Made by a program: the position numbers and the translations under genes. 64,000 nt of DNA, taken from positions 3,104,001-3,168,000 of the forward strand of contig OZ245046.1 of assembly GCA_965224245.1 (NCBI GenBank). Direction: 5' to 3'. The notes beneath the pieces were generated by a model. The model was not told where the DNA came from. It worked only from the letters and a program-made list of their open reading frames with translations, and did no database searches. Shown one piece after another: positions 11,852 to 20,431 of the stretch (position 1 is the stretch's first letter; each line of letters opens with the position of its first letter). The DNA comes from Candidatus Eiseniibacteriota bacterium. GTDB taxonomy: Bacteria; Eisenbacteria; RBG-16-71-46; CAZAMP01.

Positions 11852-13293
11852 GCATCCGATGCACGGGCGGGTGGATCACGACGGCCATCTGCCAGATCTG
11901 GACCTCGATGGCGGCGGCCGCCGGGATACCGCCCGTCTGCGACGCGGGAGGACCCTACCTCGCCGCCGAGGGCGAGGAGATCCTGTTCGACGCGACCGGG
12001 TCGATGGACCCGGACGGCGAGATCGTCGAGTACGTGTGGGACTTCGGAGACGGCACCGGCGGCAGCGGCGCCGTGGTCATGCACATCTATGCCACGGCCG
12101 GCATCTACACGGTCGTGCTGGGCGTGGCCGACGACGACGGGAACGTCGCCTCCTGCGAGACGACGGCCGACGTCGAGGGCGAGATACCCGACCTCCCCCG
12201 GGACCAGACGCTGGAGGACTACGTCGTGCAGGTCGACCGCGGGCTGCCCCCGTTCGACTCCATGATCCTGGACGCGCCGCCGGGGCCGGACTGGATGGAG
12301 GACATGAGCGTGGAGCGGGTCTCGGCGAGCATGAACGACGAGGTGCCGGGAACGATCCTGACCGAGGACCCGGTCTGGATCGCCTACGACACGCCCGACA
12401 GCACCAACACGCGCTACGTGAAGCTCGACTTCCAGCGGGGCTACGTCCGATACCTGAGCGAGCCACGCCAGTTCGAGTGGGGCGATCCGGAGATGAGCGT
12501 CCCCGACGACGTTGCTCTGAACGTCTTCTCGGAAGCGATGGACGCACTGGGGCTCCCAGGCCAGGAGTGGAGCGCCCCACGGGTCGATCTCGTGCTCGAG
12601 ACCGGATTCGACGACGATACCGCCGAGGAGTCGACGCTCGAGGTCGAGCGGCTCGTCACGCTGCCGCGGGAGGTGAACGGGTATCCCGTGTTCGGATCCA
12701 TGGCGCGGATGGCCGTCTCGAACCGAGCCGAGGCCGCGCGCGCGCTCGTCCGATGGCCGATGTTCCGCCTCGTCGAGGATCCCGAGCTCATGACGCGAGA
12801 CGAGGTCGTGCAGGAGATCGCCCAGCGGATCTGGCAGGTGGAGACCGGTGTCGACGTGCACCTGGACATGCGCATCGGCTACGCGCCCACACCGGCGGGC
12901 TACGTTCCGGTGGCCCGCGTCGGCATCACCGATCGGGATGGCGTCCTGGAGGGCGGCGCGATCGAGCTCGTTCCACTGATCACGTCCATCGCCGCCGGCA
13001 CGCTGGATGGCGCCACGCCGACGGCGGCATCGCTGCGGGTGCTGGCGAAGAGCGGTGGACGGGTCCGCGTCGAGTTCGTGCTTCCCGCCTCCGAGCGCGT
13101 CGTCCTCGCCGTGTACGACGTGGTCGGACGCCGGGTGCGCACCCTGGTCGACCGCGACCACGAGGCCGGTCCTCACGCGACGAGCTGGGACGGTCACGGC
13201 GAGAGCGGCCTGCGACTGGCATCCGGCGTGTACGTCGTTCGACTGGAAACCGGACGAGACACACTCTTCCGCAAGCTGACGTTGCTCTGGTAG
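11848..13293 (+). CDS. Secreted PKD-domain protein with propeptide-like middle domain and FlgD/T9SS-like CTD
   Basis: ATGA overlap with the upstream gene. PKD motif DAGGPY..FDATGSMDPDG..YVWDFGDG, then REVNGYPVFG, then CTD YDVVGRRVRTL..WDG..GVYVVRL..RKLTLLW. Confidence 0.8.
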   Translation: MSIRCTGGWITTAICQIWTSMAAAAGIPPVCDAGGPYLAAEGEEILFDATGSMDPDGEIVEYVWDFGDGTGGSGAVVMHIYATAGIYTVVLGVADDDGNVASCETTADVEGEIPDLPRDQTLEDYVVQVDRGLPPFDSMILDAPPGPDWMEDMSVERVSASMNDEVPGTILTEDPVWIAYDTPDSTNTRYVKLDFQRGYVRYLSEPRQFEWGDPEMSVPDDVALNVFSEAMDALGLPGQEWSAPRVDLVLETGFDDDTAEESTLEVERLVTLPREVNGYPVFGSMARMAVSNRAEAARALVRWPMFRLVEDPELMTRDEVVQEIAQRIWQVETGVDVHLDMRIGYAPTPAGYVPVARVGITDRDGVLEGGAIELVPLITSIAAGTLDGATPTAASLRVLAKSGGRVRVEFVLPASERVVLAVYDVVGRRVRTLVDRDHEAGPHATSWDGHGESGLRLASGVYVVRLETGRDTLFRKLTLLW

Positions 13294-13613
13294 ACGAGCC
13301 AGCCGCCGCCGGACCTCCCGCGTCCGGCGGCGGCACGTCACGACCCACCGACTCCGCCTCGGCCCCCGGCGAGCGGTCGCGCGCACCGCCACACCCGAAC
13401 GCCGAGCGGCGCATGGAGCTCGCTCGGGGATGGGCATATCCCGAGACGACCGCCGCACCGGGATCGTTCTGACGGTCTGGGTGCTCACTCCGGCCGCGTT
13501 TCTCGTCTCTTCCCCCGAGAGGGTCCACGCACCGGGAGGGCCGCCCTCCGTCGCCGCGTGGACCGTTGAGCCCATCCATCCGAGGCTGAACTGCCCGGGA
13601 AAGGACGACGCAC

Positions 13614-16217
13614 ATGCCCATGCGACCCTCAACTGCAGATCGCCTCGTGGATCGAGCCCGCCGGACCGGTCCGGCGCTGGCGATCCTCGCGGTCACCTGG
13701 AGCCTCCCCTGCCACGCGCTGGACCCCACGATCACCGACGGGATCGAGGCGCGGAGCGGCGGCGGGACGATCGAGCAGACGATCTACTTCGAGGACTTCG
13801 AGGCGGGGCCCGGGGGCTGGATCGCGTCCACGCCCACCGAGGGCGTCCGGTGGTTTCCCACCACCGAGGACCTCGGCGACGGACCCCGCGCGGTATGGCG
13901 CCTCGGCCAGGACAACCCGTGCTTCGCCGGCGGAGACGGCTACGGCAACTACTGGTTCCAGCGCCTGGCCAAGGCCTTCTCGCTCGGCACGGCGCCGATC
14001 CAGCTCGACGTCGTGCACCAGTACGACACCGAAGCCGGCTACGACATCTGCGCGATCACCGTGACCGATCTCTCCGGCAACGTCCTTCAGTCTTCGTACT
14101 ACAGTGGAAACTCGGGCGGCTACGTCGCCGACTCGATCGATCTCTCCGCCTTCGCGGGGCAGACGATCGAGATCCGCCTGGACTTCACCTCCGACGGCGG
14201 CTGGTCCGACGAGGACGGCTTCCTCGACACGAACGGTCCCTGGCGGGTCGACTCGGTCGGGATCTCGGGGGTGGGGACCGACACGTTCGACTCCGGTGGT
14301 GACGGCTGGACCGCCTCGCGTCCCTCGCTCCCCACGGAGGCGCCGATCCAGTTCGCGCTCGAGCTCGACCCGCCGTGCGATTCGGGCATGTTCCTGAACT
14401 GCTTCGACACCGACCATGCATGGACCGCGCGGAACGCCGTCCTCGATCGGGTCCCGGAGATCATCGACGACACCGTGACCCGCTCGCCGATCCTGGCCTC
14501 GATCACGTCCCCGCCGATCGCCGTGCCCACGGACGCGACGCAGCTCCTGCTGGAGATGGACGTGTTCTCGGACACCTACCCGGACGCCGGAACGCTGCAC
14601 GACACGTTCTATCTCTATCGCATCCTCTCGACGGGCTCCGACGGCTGCGCCCGGGCCGCGAGCGACGGCTTCGTCTACTACAACGGACTCACCGGCTGGC
14701 TGCATCGATCACACGACATCACCTCGCGGATTGCGCCCGGTGCCACCGAGTTCCAGATCGAGCTGTGCCTGTTCGACGCAACGCCGATCCTGGCGAGTCG
14801 CGGGATTCCCGAGAACACCGAGCCCCAGCAGGGCCCGTACTTCGACAACGTCGCCGTCATCGAGTGCATCCCCGCGGGCGCGATCACGGTGTCCGGCGTC
14901 GTCCGCTCGGGATGCGGCGAGGGTCCGCTGGCCGGGGTCGACGTGACGCTGGTGGACGGAGACGGGGTGTCGACGACGATCCAGACCGCGGCCGACGGGA
15001 GCTACGCGTTCGACGACGTCACGCAAACCACCGCGAACGGCACGGTGTCCGTCGTGGCCCCGTTCGGCTTCGACCCCGCCGTCCCCGCCGTGGTGGTGCT
15101 CGACGCGGATCAGGCCGGTGTCGACTTCGACCTGGCCTGCCAGTACGTGGACGTCTCGGGCGTGATCACCTCGGACTGTGGTGGCCCGCTGCTCGGAGTC
15201 ACCGTCGACCTCGACTTCGATCCCGTGAACCCCGGCGTGACCTTCTGGACCGTCGCGACCGACGAGACGGGCGCCTATGCGTTCGAGGACGTCCGCGTCG
15301 GCGCGGACGACGTCGAGATCACCGCCGTGGTTCCACTCGGCTACCAGGCGATCGACCCGTCGGACGCCGACCTGCTCGTGTCGCGAACGTCCGACGCCGT
15401 CGTGGACTTCTCGCTCGCCTGCCTCGACCCCACGGGATCGGTTCGCTCGAAGGGCTACTGGAAGCACCAGGCCAAGGTGTACCTGAAGAACCACGGCAGC
15501 GCCCAGGAGTCCGAGACCGACATGGCCACGACCTATCCGGGTCTCATCTTCGACCACTTCCACGACAACGAGCTCAGCGCGGTGGTCGTGGAAGGGATCA
15601 CCTACGAGCTGGACGGAGCGGACCACGTTCCGCTCAGCCTGGAGACCGTCCACGCCACGCTGATCGAGAAGCAGGACATGCTCGATCGCGCCCGCCAGCA
15701 GTACATGGCTCTCCTGCTCAACATCGCGTCGGGCAAGCTCCTGACGTCATCGGTGATCTCCGACGATGGCGGCACCGCGAGCCAGGCGCTGCAGCAGATC
15801 GCGGCCTACCTCGAGGACGGTGATACCAGCAACGACGAGCTGGCCAAGGACATCGCGGACACGATCAACAACGCGACGCAGGTCGCCGCCGGCGTGATCG
15901 ATCTCTCGTACGGCGACGTCGCGTACCGGCCGGGCGTGGCGCCGGCGAGATTCGCGGTGGCGCTGGTCGCCAATCCGACTCCGGCACGCGCGACCTTCCG
16001 GCTGATGCTGCCCGAGGTCACGGCGTACCGGCTGTCGATCCACGACGCGGCGGGACGCCTGGTTCACGAGCAGGTCGACCAGGCGGGGCCCGGCGTCACC
16101 CCCCTGGTGTGGGACGGTCGTGGCGCCGACGGGCGACCTTCCGGAGCCGGTGTGTACTTCTATCGGGTGACGGCCGGAGACCGGCTCGCGCGAGGGAAGC
16201 TGACGCTCGTCCGCTGA
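13614..16217 (+). CDS. Large secreted multidomain protein (jelly-roll/InhA-like domains, two carboxypeptidase-regulatory-like domains, FlgD/T9SS-like CTD)
   Basis: Signal peptide; YFEDFE..GW, YDTEAGYD and DLSAFAGQTIEIRLDFTSD motifs; repeated VSGV.S.CG.PL.GV.V units; RSKGYWKH; CTD ending GKLTLVR. Confidence 0.78.
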   Translation: MPMRPSTADRLVDRARRTGPALAILAVTWSLPCHALDPTITDGIEARSGGGTIEQTIYFEDFEAGPGGWIASTPTEGVRWFPTTEDLGDGPRAVWRLGQDNPCFAGGDGYGNYWFQRLAKAFSLGTAPIQLDVVHQYDTEAGYDICAITVTDLSGNVLQSSYYSGNSGGYVADSIDLSAFAGQTIEIRLDFTSDGGWSDEDGFLDTNGPWRVDSVGISGVGTDTFDSGGDGWTASRPSLPTEAPIQFALELDPPCDSGMFLNCFDTDHAWTARNAVLDRVPEIIDDTVTRSPILASITSPPIAVPTDATQLLLEMDVFSDTYPDAGTLHDTFYLYRILSTGSDGCARAASDGFVYYNGLTGWLHRSHDITSRIAPGATEFQIELCLFDATPILASRGIPENTEPQQGPYFDNVAVIECIPAGAITVSGVVRSGCGEGPLAGVDVTLVDGDGVSTTIQTAADGSYAFDDVTQTTANGTVSVVAPFGFDPAVPAVVVLDADQAGVDFDLACQYVDVSGVITSDCGGPLLGVTVDLDFDPVNPGVTFWTVATDETGAYAFEDVRVGADDVEITAVVPLGYQAIDPSDADLLVSRTSDAVVDFSLACLDPTGSVRSKGYWKHQAKVYLKNHGSAQESETDMATTYPGLIFDHFHDNELSAVVVEGITYELDGADHVPLSLETVHATLIEKQDMLDRARQQYMALLLNIASGKLLTSSVISDDGGTASQALQQIAAYLEDGDTSNDELAKDIADTINNATQVAAGVIDLSYGDVAYRPGVAPARFAVALVANPTPARATFRLMLPEVTAYRLSIHDAAGRLVHEQVDQAGPGVTPLVWDGRGADGRPSGAGVYFYRVTAGDRLARGKLTLVR

Positions 16218-16236
16218 ACGCCACCGACCACGGACA

Positions 16237-16268
16237 CCCCCCGGACCTCACGGTCCGGGGGGCGTTTT
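16237..16268 (+). terminator. Rho-independent terminator
   Basis: CCCCCCGGACC-TCAC-GGTCCGGGGGG 11-bp stem followed by CGTTTT, 20 nt after the stop at 16217. Confidence 0.75.
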
Positions 16269-16320
16269 CACGTTCATCGACGGCGCTCCGTGCCGTCGTT
16301 CCGTGCACACCGGTCTCACG

Positions 16321-17307
16321 TCACCGGGTGCAGCGAAGGGCCAGCATGGTCAGATCGTCCTGAAGCCGGGGCGCTCCGACGAACTCCGCCAGGTCCTCGC
16401 GAATCGACCGGAGGATCGTACGCGGATCCCGGCTGGCCCAGCCGGCTACCGCCCGCTCGAGTCGTTCGCACGCGTACTCGTCGTCGTTCGGTCCACGCGC
16501 CTCGGTGAGGCCGTCGGTGTACAGGAGCAGCGTGTCGCCGTCACCCAGCCGATGCGTCGTGACACCGTACAGGCGACCGTCCAGCACGCCGACCGGAAGC
16601 CCAGTGGCCCCGAGCGTCTCGACGCCAGCGTCTCGCACGATGAGAGGCGGACAGTGGCCCGCATTCACGAGCTCGATCCTGCCCCCGGCCGTGGCTCGGC
16701 CGCAGGCGAGCGTGGCGTAGTGTGTGGGGAGGCTCGCCTCGAGCAGCTGACGGTTCACCCGCTCGACCACCTCGTCGAGGGGCACGCCGGCGCCCAGCAG
16801 CGAGCGAAACGCGGCCTGGATGTGCGCCATCAAGAGCGAGGCGGCGACCCCCTTGCCGGACACGTCGGCCACGGCGAAGAACATCGCGTCCGGATCGTCG
16901 GGGTGGATCCACAGATCGCAGTAGTCTCCGCTCACCACGCCCGCGGGCTCGTACCGGTAGTGGGACGTCCAGCCCGGAATCGCGAGATCCAGCGGAGGGA
17001 GCAGGCCCGCCTGCAGCCGACGGGCCAGTCCGAGGTCGTGTTCGAGGGCACGCTGCTGGGATGCCGTGAGTCCGCACAGGCAGTACTCGAGCAGCGGGTT
17101 CGCCACGAGGTCGTGATCGGTCACCGACTCGTTGCAGATCAGACACGTGCCATACGCACCGGTGTCGAAGCTCGAGAGCACCTGATCGACCTGGTCCAGG
17201 AGCTGGGTGACGAGCTCGTCGGCGCCGCCGGTGGAGATCGCGTCATGCAGCCGTGCGCGACGATCCTCGAGCCGTCGGCGAAGCTCGGTGCGTACGGTGG
17301 TGTCCAT
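16321..17307 (-). CDS. SpoIIE/PP2C phosphatase with N-terminal DksA/TraR-like Cys finger
   Basis: GAYGTCLIC..NPLLEYCLC at the N-terminus; ARRLQAGLLP, VSGDYCD, ADVSGKG, NAGH, LYTDGLTEA and DDLT motifs. ATG at 17307 with GGAGG RBS. Confidence 0.9.
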   Translation of the reverse strand: MDTTVRTELRRRLEDRRARLHDAISTGGADELVTQLLDQVDQVLSSFDTGAYGTCLICNESVTDHDLVANPLLEYCLCGLTASQQRALEHDLGLARRLQAGLLPPLDLAIPGWTSHYRYEPAGVVSGDYCDLWIHPDDPDAMFFAVADVSGKGVAASLLMAHIQAAFRSLLGAGVPLDEVVERVNRQLLEASLPTHYATLACGRATAGGRIELVNAGHCPPLIVRDAGVETLGATGLPVGVLDGRLYGVTTHRLGDGDTLLLYTDGLTEARGPNDDEYACERLERAVAGWASRDPRTILRSIREDLAEFVGAPRLQDDLTMLALRCTR

Positions 17308-17327
17308 GATCGATCCTCCCGGCCGCA

Positions 17328-17807
17328 TCAGGCCGACGTCGCGGTCGCGGTCGCGACGCGGCGCAGGATGGCGATCTGTCCGGCATGGTAGACGAGGTGC
17401 TGAAGCTCCCCCGTCACGAGACCATACCATGTGTCCTCGAGGCCGGGACGGCGCTCGGTCAGCTGTGCGACCGGAAACGCCGAGATGGCGTCGCACAGCG
17501 CGCGGCCGCTCTGGAACAGTCGATCCCGCGCCGCGTTCCAGGCCGCGGCGTCGGCGAACGAGGCCTCCGCCCAGTCCTCCGCGTCGGACACCTGGGGCGT
17601 CTCGCCGGCGAGTCGCTGCCGCACCACCTCCAGCCACGTCACGGTGTGGAGCACGATCTCGGCGATCGAGTGCGCGCCCCCGCTCGCACGCTGAACCGCC
17701 ACCGTCACCGACACGTCGTCCAGCACGTCCCGGAACGACGGACCATGCCAGGCCCCTCCGTTCAGCGCGCGCTCGTACTGCTCGGCCAGCCGCTCACACT
17801 CGTTCAT
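17328..17807 (-). CDS. DinB family protein
   Basis: AWHGPS, HSIAEIVLH and QHLVYHAGQI His motifs; GAGGAGG RBS before ATG at 17807. Confidence 0.88.
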   Translation of the reverse strand: MNECERLAEQYERALNGGAWHGPSFRDVLDDVSVTVAVQRASGGAHSIAEIVLHTVTWLEVVRQRLAGETPQVSDAEDWAEASFADAAAWNAARDRLFQSGRALCDAISAFPVAQLTERRPGLEDTWYGLVTGELQHLVYHAGQIAILRRVATATATSA

Positions 17808-17820
17808 GGGGCACCTCCTC

Positions 17821-17899
17821 TTGACCATCAAAAACAACTATGATGGTTAGGAGCTTAGGGCTTGCCCAATCGTCCAGTCAAGTGTATTTTGATGGTTAG
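17821..17899. promoter_or_regulatory. Divergent promoters with a palindromic operator
   Basis: TGACCATCA-N10-TGATGGTTA inverted repeat (17822-17849) and a second TGATGGTTAG at 17890-17899. Plus strand TTGCCC-N17-TATTTT; minus strand TTGACT-N18-TAAGCT. Confidence 0.7.
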
Positions 17900-17919
17900 A
17901 TGAGCAACGGGAGCCTCAC

Positions 17920-18546
17920 ATGGCCGTCACGTTCGAAACCCCCTGGCACGGCGTCGAGACCGCCGGTCGACTCTGCCTGAGCTTCGTGAACACGCTCGAC
18001 TGGCGACTTCGCGAGTCGCCCGAAGAGCTTCTCCACTCGGCCGAGGACCTGCTGCGCTGGGCGCGGACCGCCGGCGCACTGACCGGCCCGGAGGCCCGCC
18101 TTCTTCGCCGGGAGGTCGCCGCTCATCCCCGGCGCGCGGCACGCATGTTGGCCGAGGCCGTCGAGGTCCGTGAGGCCATGGCCGCGGTCTTCCTGGCCCT
18201 GTGCCGGGACGAGCCCATTCCGCCGCGCTCCCTGAAGCGCGTGAGCGACACCTGCATCGCCGCGGTGGCGGCCCGGGAGCTGCAGCCCGACGCCGCCGCG
18301 GTCGGGTGGGGATGGAGGCGCGACGTCCCCGAGCTCGAGCGCCCGACCTGGGCCGCCGCCCTCGATGCCGCCGATCTCCTGTCGTCGGGGTCCCTGGATC
18401 GGCTCCGGCTGTGCGACGACGATGCATGTGGGTGGCTGTTCATGGACACGTCGAAGAACCGCAGCCGCCGCTGGTGCTCGATGGCGGATTGTGGAAACCG
18501 GAACAAGGCGCGGAGCTTCTATCGGCGCTCGCGCGCGCGGGCGTGA
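17920..18546 (+). CDS. ABATE/CGNR zinc-finger protein
   Basis: LCLSFVNT at the N-terminus; C-terminal RLRLCDDDACGWLFMDTSKNRSRRWCSMADCGNRNK. Confidence 0.92.
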   Translation: MAVTFETPWHGVETAGRLCLSFVNTLDWRLRESPEELLHSAEDLLRWARTAGALTGPEARLLRREVAAHPRRAARMLAEAVEVREAMAAVFLALCRDEPIPPRSLKRVSDTCIAAVAARELQPDAAAVGWGWRRDVPELERPTWAAALDAADLLSSGSLDRLRLCDDDACGWLFMDTSKNRSRRWCSMADCGNRNKARSFYRRSRARA

Positions 18547-18665
18547 GGGGCGGGCCTCCTCGGTTCATCGCGGTCGCACCCTGACGTCGGGCGGACCCGG
18601 CCGGGACCGGAGAGGATCGGGAGCTGGCCCGGGGATCTCCCTCGTTCCAGCTCCCGCTCGATCGA

Positions 18666-20180
18666 TCAGCGCAGGTACGTCATCCAGGCCGCGGCGGCCG
18701 CCTGGCCGTCTTCTCGCTCCAGCCGTACGAGGTAGCGTCCCGCACCGACGACCTGCCCGCTCTCGGCGCGTCCGTCCCAGTCCAGCTCGACGGGAAGCGA
18801 CTCGATCCGCCCGGACCAGAGGTCGCGCACCCGGCGTCCGGAGAGATCGTACACTCGCAGCGTGACCGCCCCCTGGAGATCCACGTCGGACGGAACCGAG
18901 ATCGACAGTCGCCCGTGCGTGGGGTTCGGCTGGACGCCCAGGTGCACCGGCCCGACGACGGTGCGCTCGCGCGATCCGAGACCTCCCCCGTCGGGACACG
19001 CCGGGAGATCGGTGGCGAGCGCCTCCGCGACCCCGAGGCCCTTGTCGTACGTCTCACCCTCGCCCCAGTAGTACATGCGCAGGACGTCCTCGCCCTCGGC
19101 GCTCTCCTCCCAGGTGTAGGACGTGACGTAGTAGTTCTTGTCGTCCCAGGCTCCGCTTCCCGCCGGCGGGTGATCGAGCACGGGACTCCCGGTCTTGCAC
19201 CACGTCTTGCCGCCGTCGGTCGAGACCGCGTGCGCGACCTTCGCGCAGCCCCGCGTGGTGCCGCCTCCGCTGGGCGTCTCGAACCATCCGGTCCCGGTGT
19301 AGAAGAGATGCAGCGTCACCCCGTCCGGATCGGCCACGAGCTGGCCGAGCGCGGTGGTCCCCACGTCGAACGATCCGCAGGGACCGGGAACGACGATGGG
19401 GTTGTTCACGCTCTTGCGCCAGTGGATGCGATCGGCGGACGTGGCCAGGTTGAGCGTGGCGAGCTGAAACGGCGCACCCGCTCCGACACACGTGAGGTTG
19501 TAGACCATGTAGTATCGACTGCCCACCTTCGCCACCGACGGGGTCCGGACGTTGTAGCCGGGCGTCTCGCTGGTCAGCACCGGCGCGCCGGAGTCCACGA
19601 ACGTGCGTCCGTTGTCGGGCGACGTCGCGTAGCCGATGCCGTTCCCCGCCCCCTGGAAGAACAGGTACGTCTCGCCGGTGTCGGCGTCCCGATGCACGTC
19701 GGGGCAGATGATGCTCGGATACCAGGTGCCGGAAGACGGGAACGCGAGATTGCCCGGGGTCCAGTCGATGCCGTTCTGGGATATGGCGTTCCGGAAGCCG
19801 GCGGGCTCGCCGGTCTGCTGGTTGGCCGGTGCCGCGTGCAGATGGTAGTAGAGCGTATCGGTGAACTTGGCTATGGAGAAGCAGTAGGACCCTGGCACCT
19901 GCGGATCGAAGATCGGCATCGATGAATAGGCGGCAGGCCGGACGAACACAGTGTTCTCTTCGAACGTCTCGCAATCGGTGATCGGCGTGCAGGGTGGCTC
20001 GGGACAGCTCCCCCGGGCCGTCTCCCACGACACCGAGCCCCAGGTGGCGCTGAACCGCTCCTGGAAGAGGCTCGGCTTCCGGTAGGGATCGCACGCACGC
20101 GCGCACTCGGGTGGAGACAGGAGCGATGCGGTCGTCACGAGGACGAGGGCGAGGACGAACGTCGATCTCGATGCGTGCAC
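18666..20180 (-). CDS. Secreted glycoside-hydrolase-like five-bladed beta-propeller protein with FlgD/T9SS-like CTD
   Basis: GTG start after GGAGG; signal peptide; blade repeats (SQNGIDW, GIGYATSPDNG, ATSADRIHW..NPI, AHAVSTDGGKTW..PVL); CTD QPNP..YDLSGRRVR..WDG. Confidence 0.72.
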   Translation of the reverse strand: MHASRSTFVLALVLVTTASLLSPPECARACDPYRKPSLFQERFSATWGSVSWETARGSCPEPPCTPITDCETFEENTVFVRPAAYSSMPIFDPQVPGSYCFSIAKFTDTLYYHLHAAPANQQTGEPAGFRNAISQNGIDWTPGNLAFPSSGTWYPSIICPDVHRDADTGETYLFFQGAGNGIGYATSPDNGRTFVDSGAPVLTSETPGYNVRTPSVAKVGSRYYMVYNLTCVGAGAPFQLATLNLATSADRIHWRKSVNNPIVVPGPCGSFDVGTTALGQLVADPDGVTLHLFYTGTGWFETPSGGGTTRGCAKVAHAVSTDGGKTWCKTGSPVLDHPPAGSGAWDDKNYYVTSYTWEESAEGEDVLRMYYWGEGETYDKGLGVAEALATDLPACPDGGGLGSRERTVVGPVHLGVQPNPTHGRLSISVPSDVDLQGAVTLRVYDLSGRRVRDLWSGRIESLPVELDWDGRAESGQVVGAGRYLVRLEREDGQAAAAAWMTYLR

Positions 20181-20431
20181 GGTGACCTCCATGTTTACGA
20201 CCGAGGTCCGTGACGCCGGTGCGACGATCGGACCTCCGGTCCACGCGTGGGCGACGTTGCGCGCACGTGGCGCGCCGACCCGGAGACTATCATCTGACGC
20301 CACCGGTCGCCGCCACGATCCGCACGGACCTCGGCGAGGCTCGAGCACAATCAGGAATCGAGACATAGTGGTTTCGTGTTTCGCGGAGAGGCGACGTCGG
20401 GGATCGCCGATGTACCGAGGCGCGACCCCGC

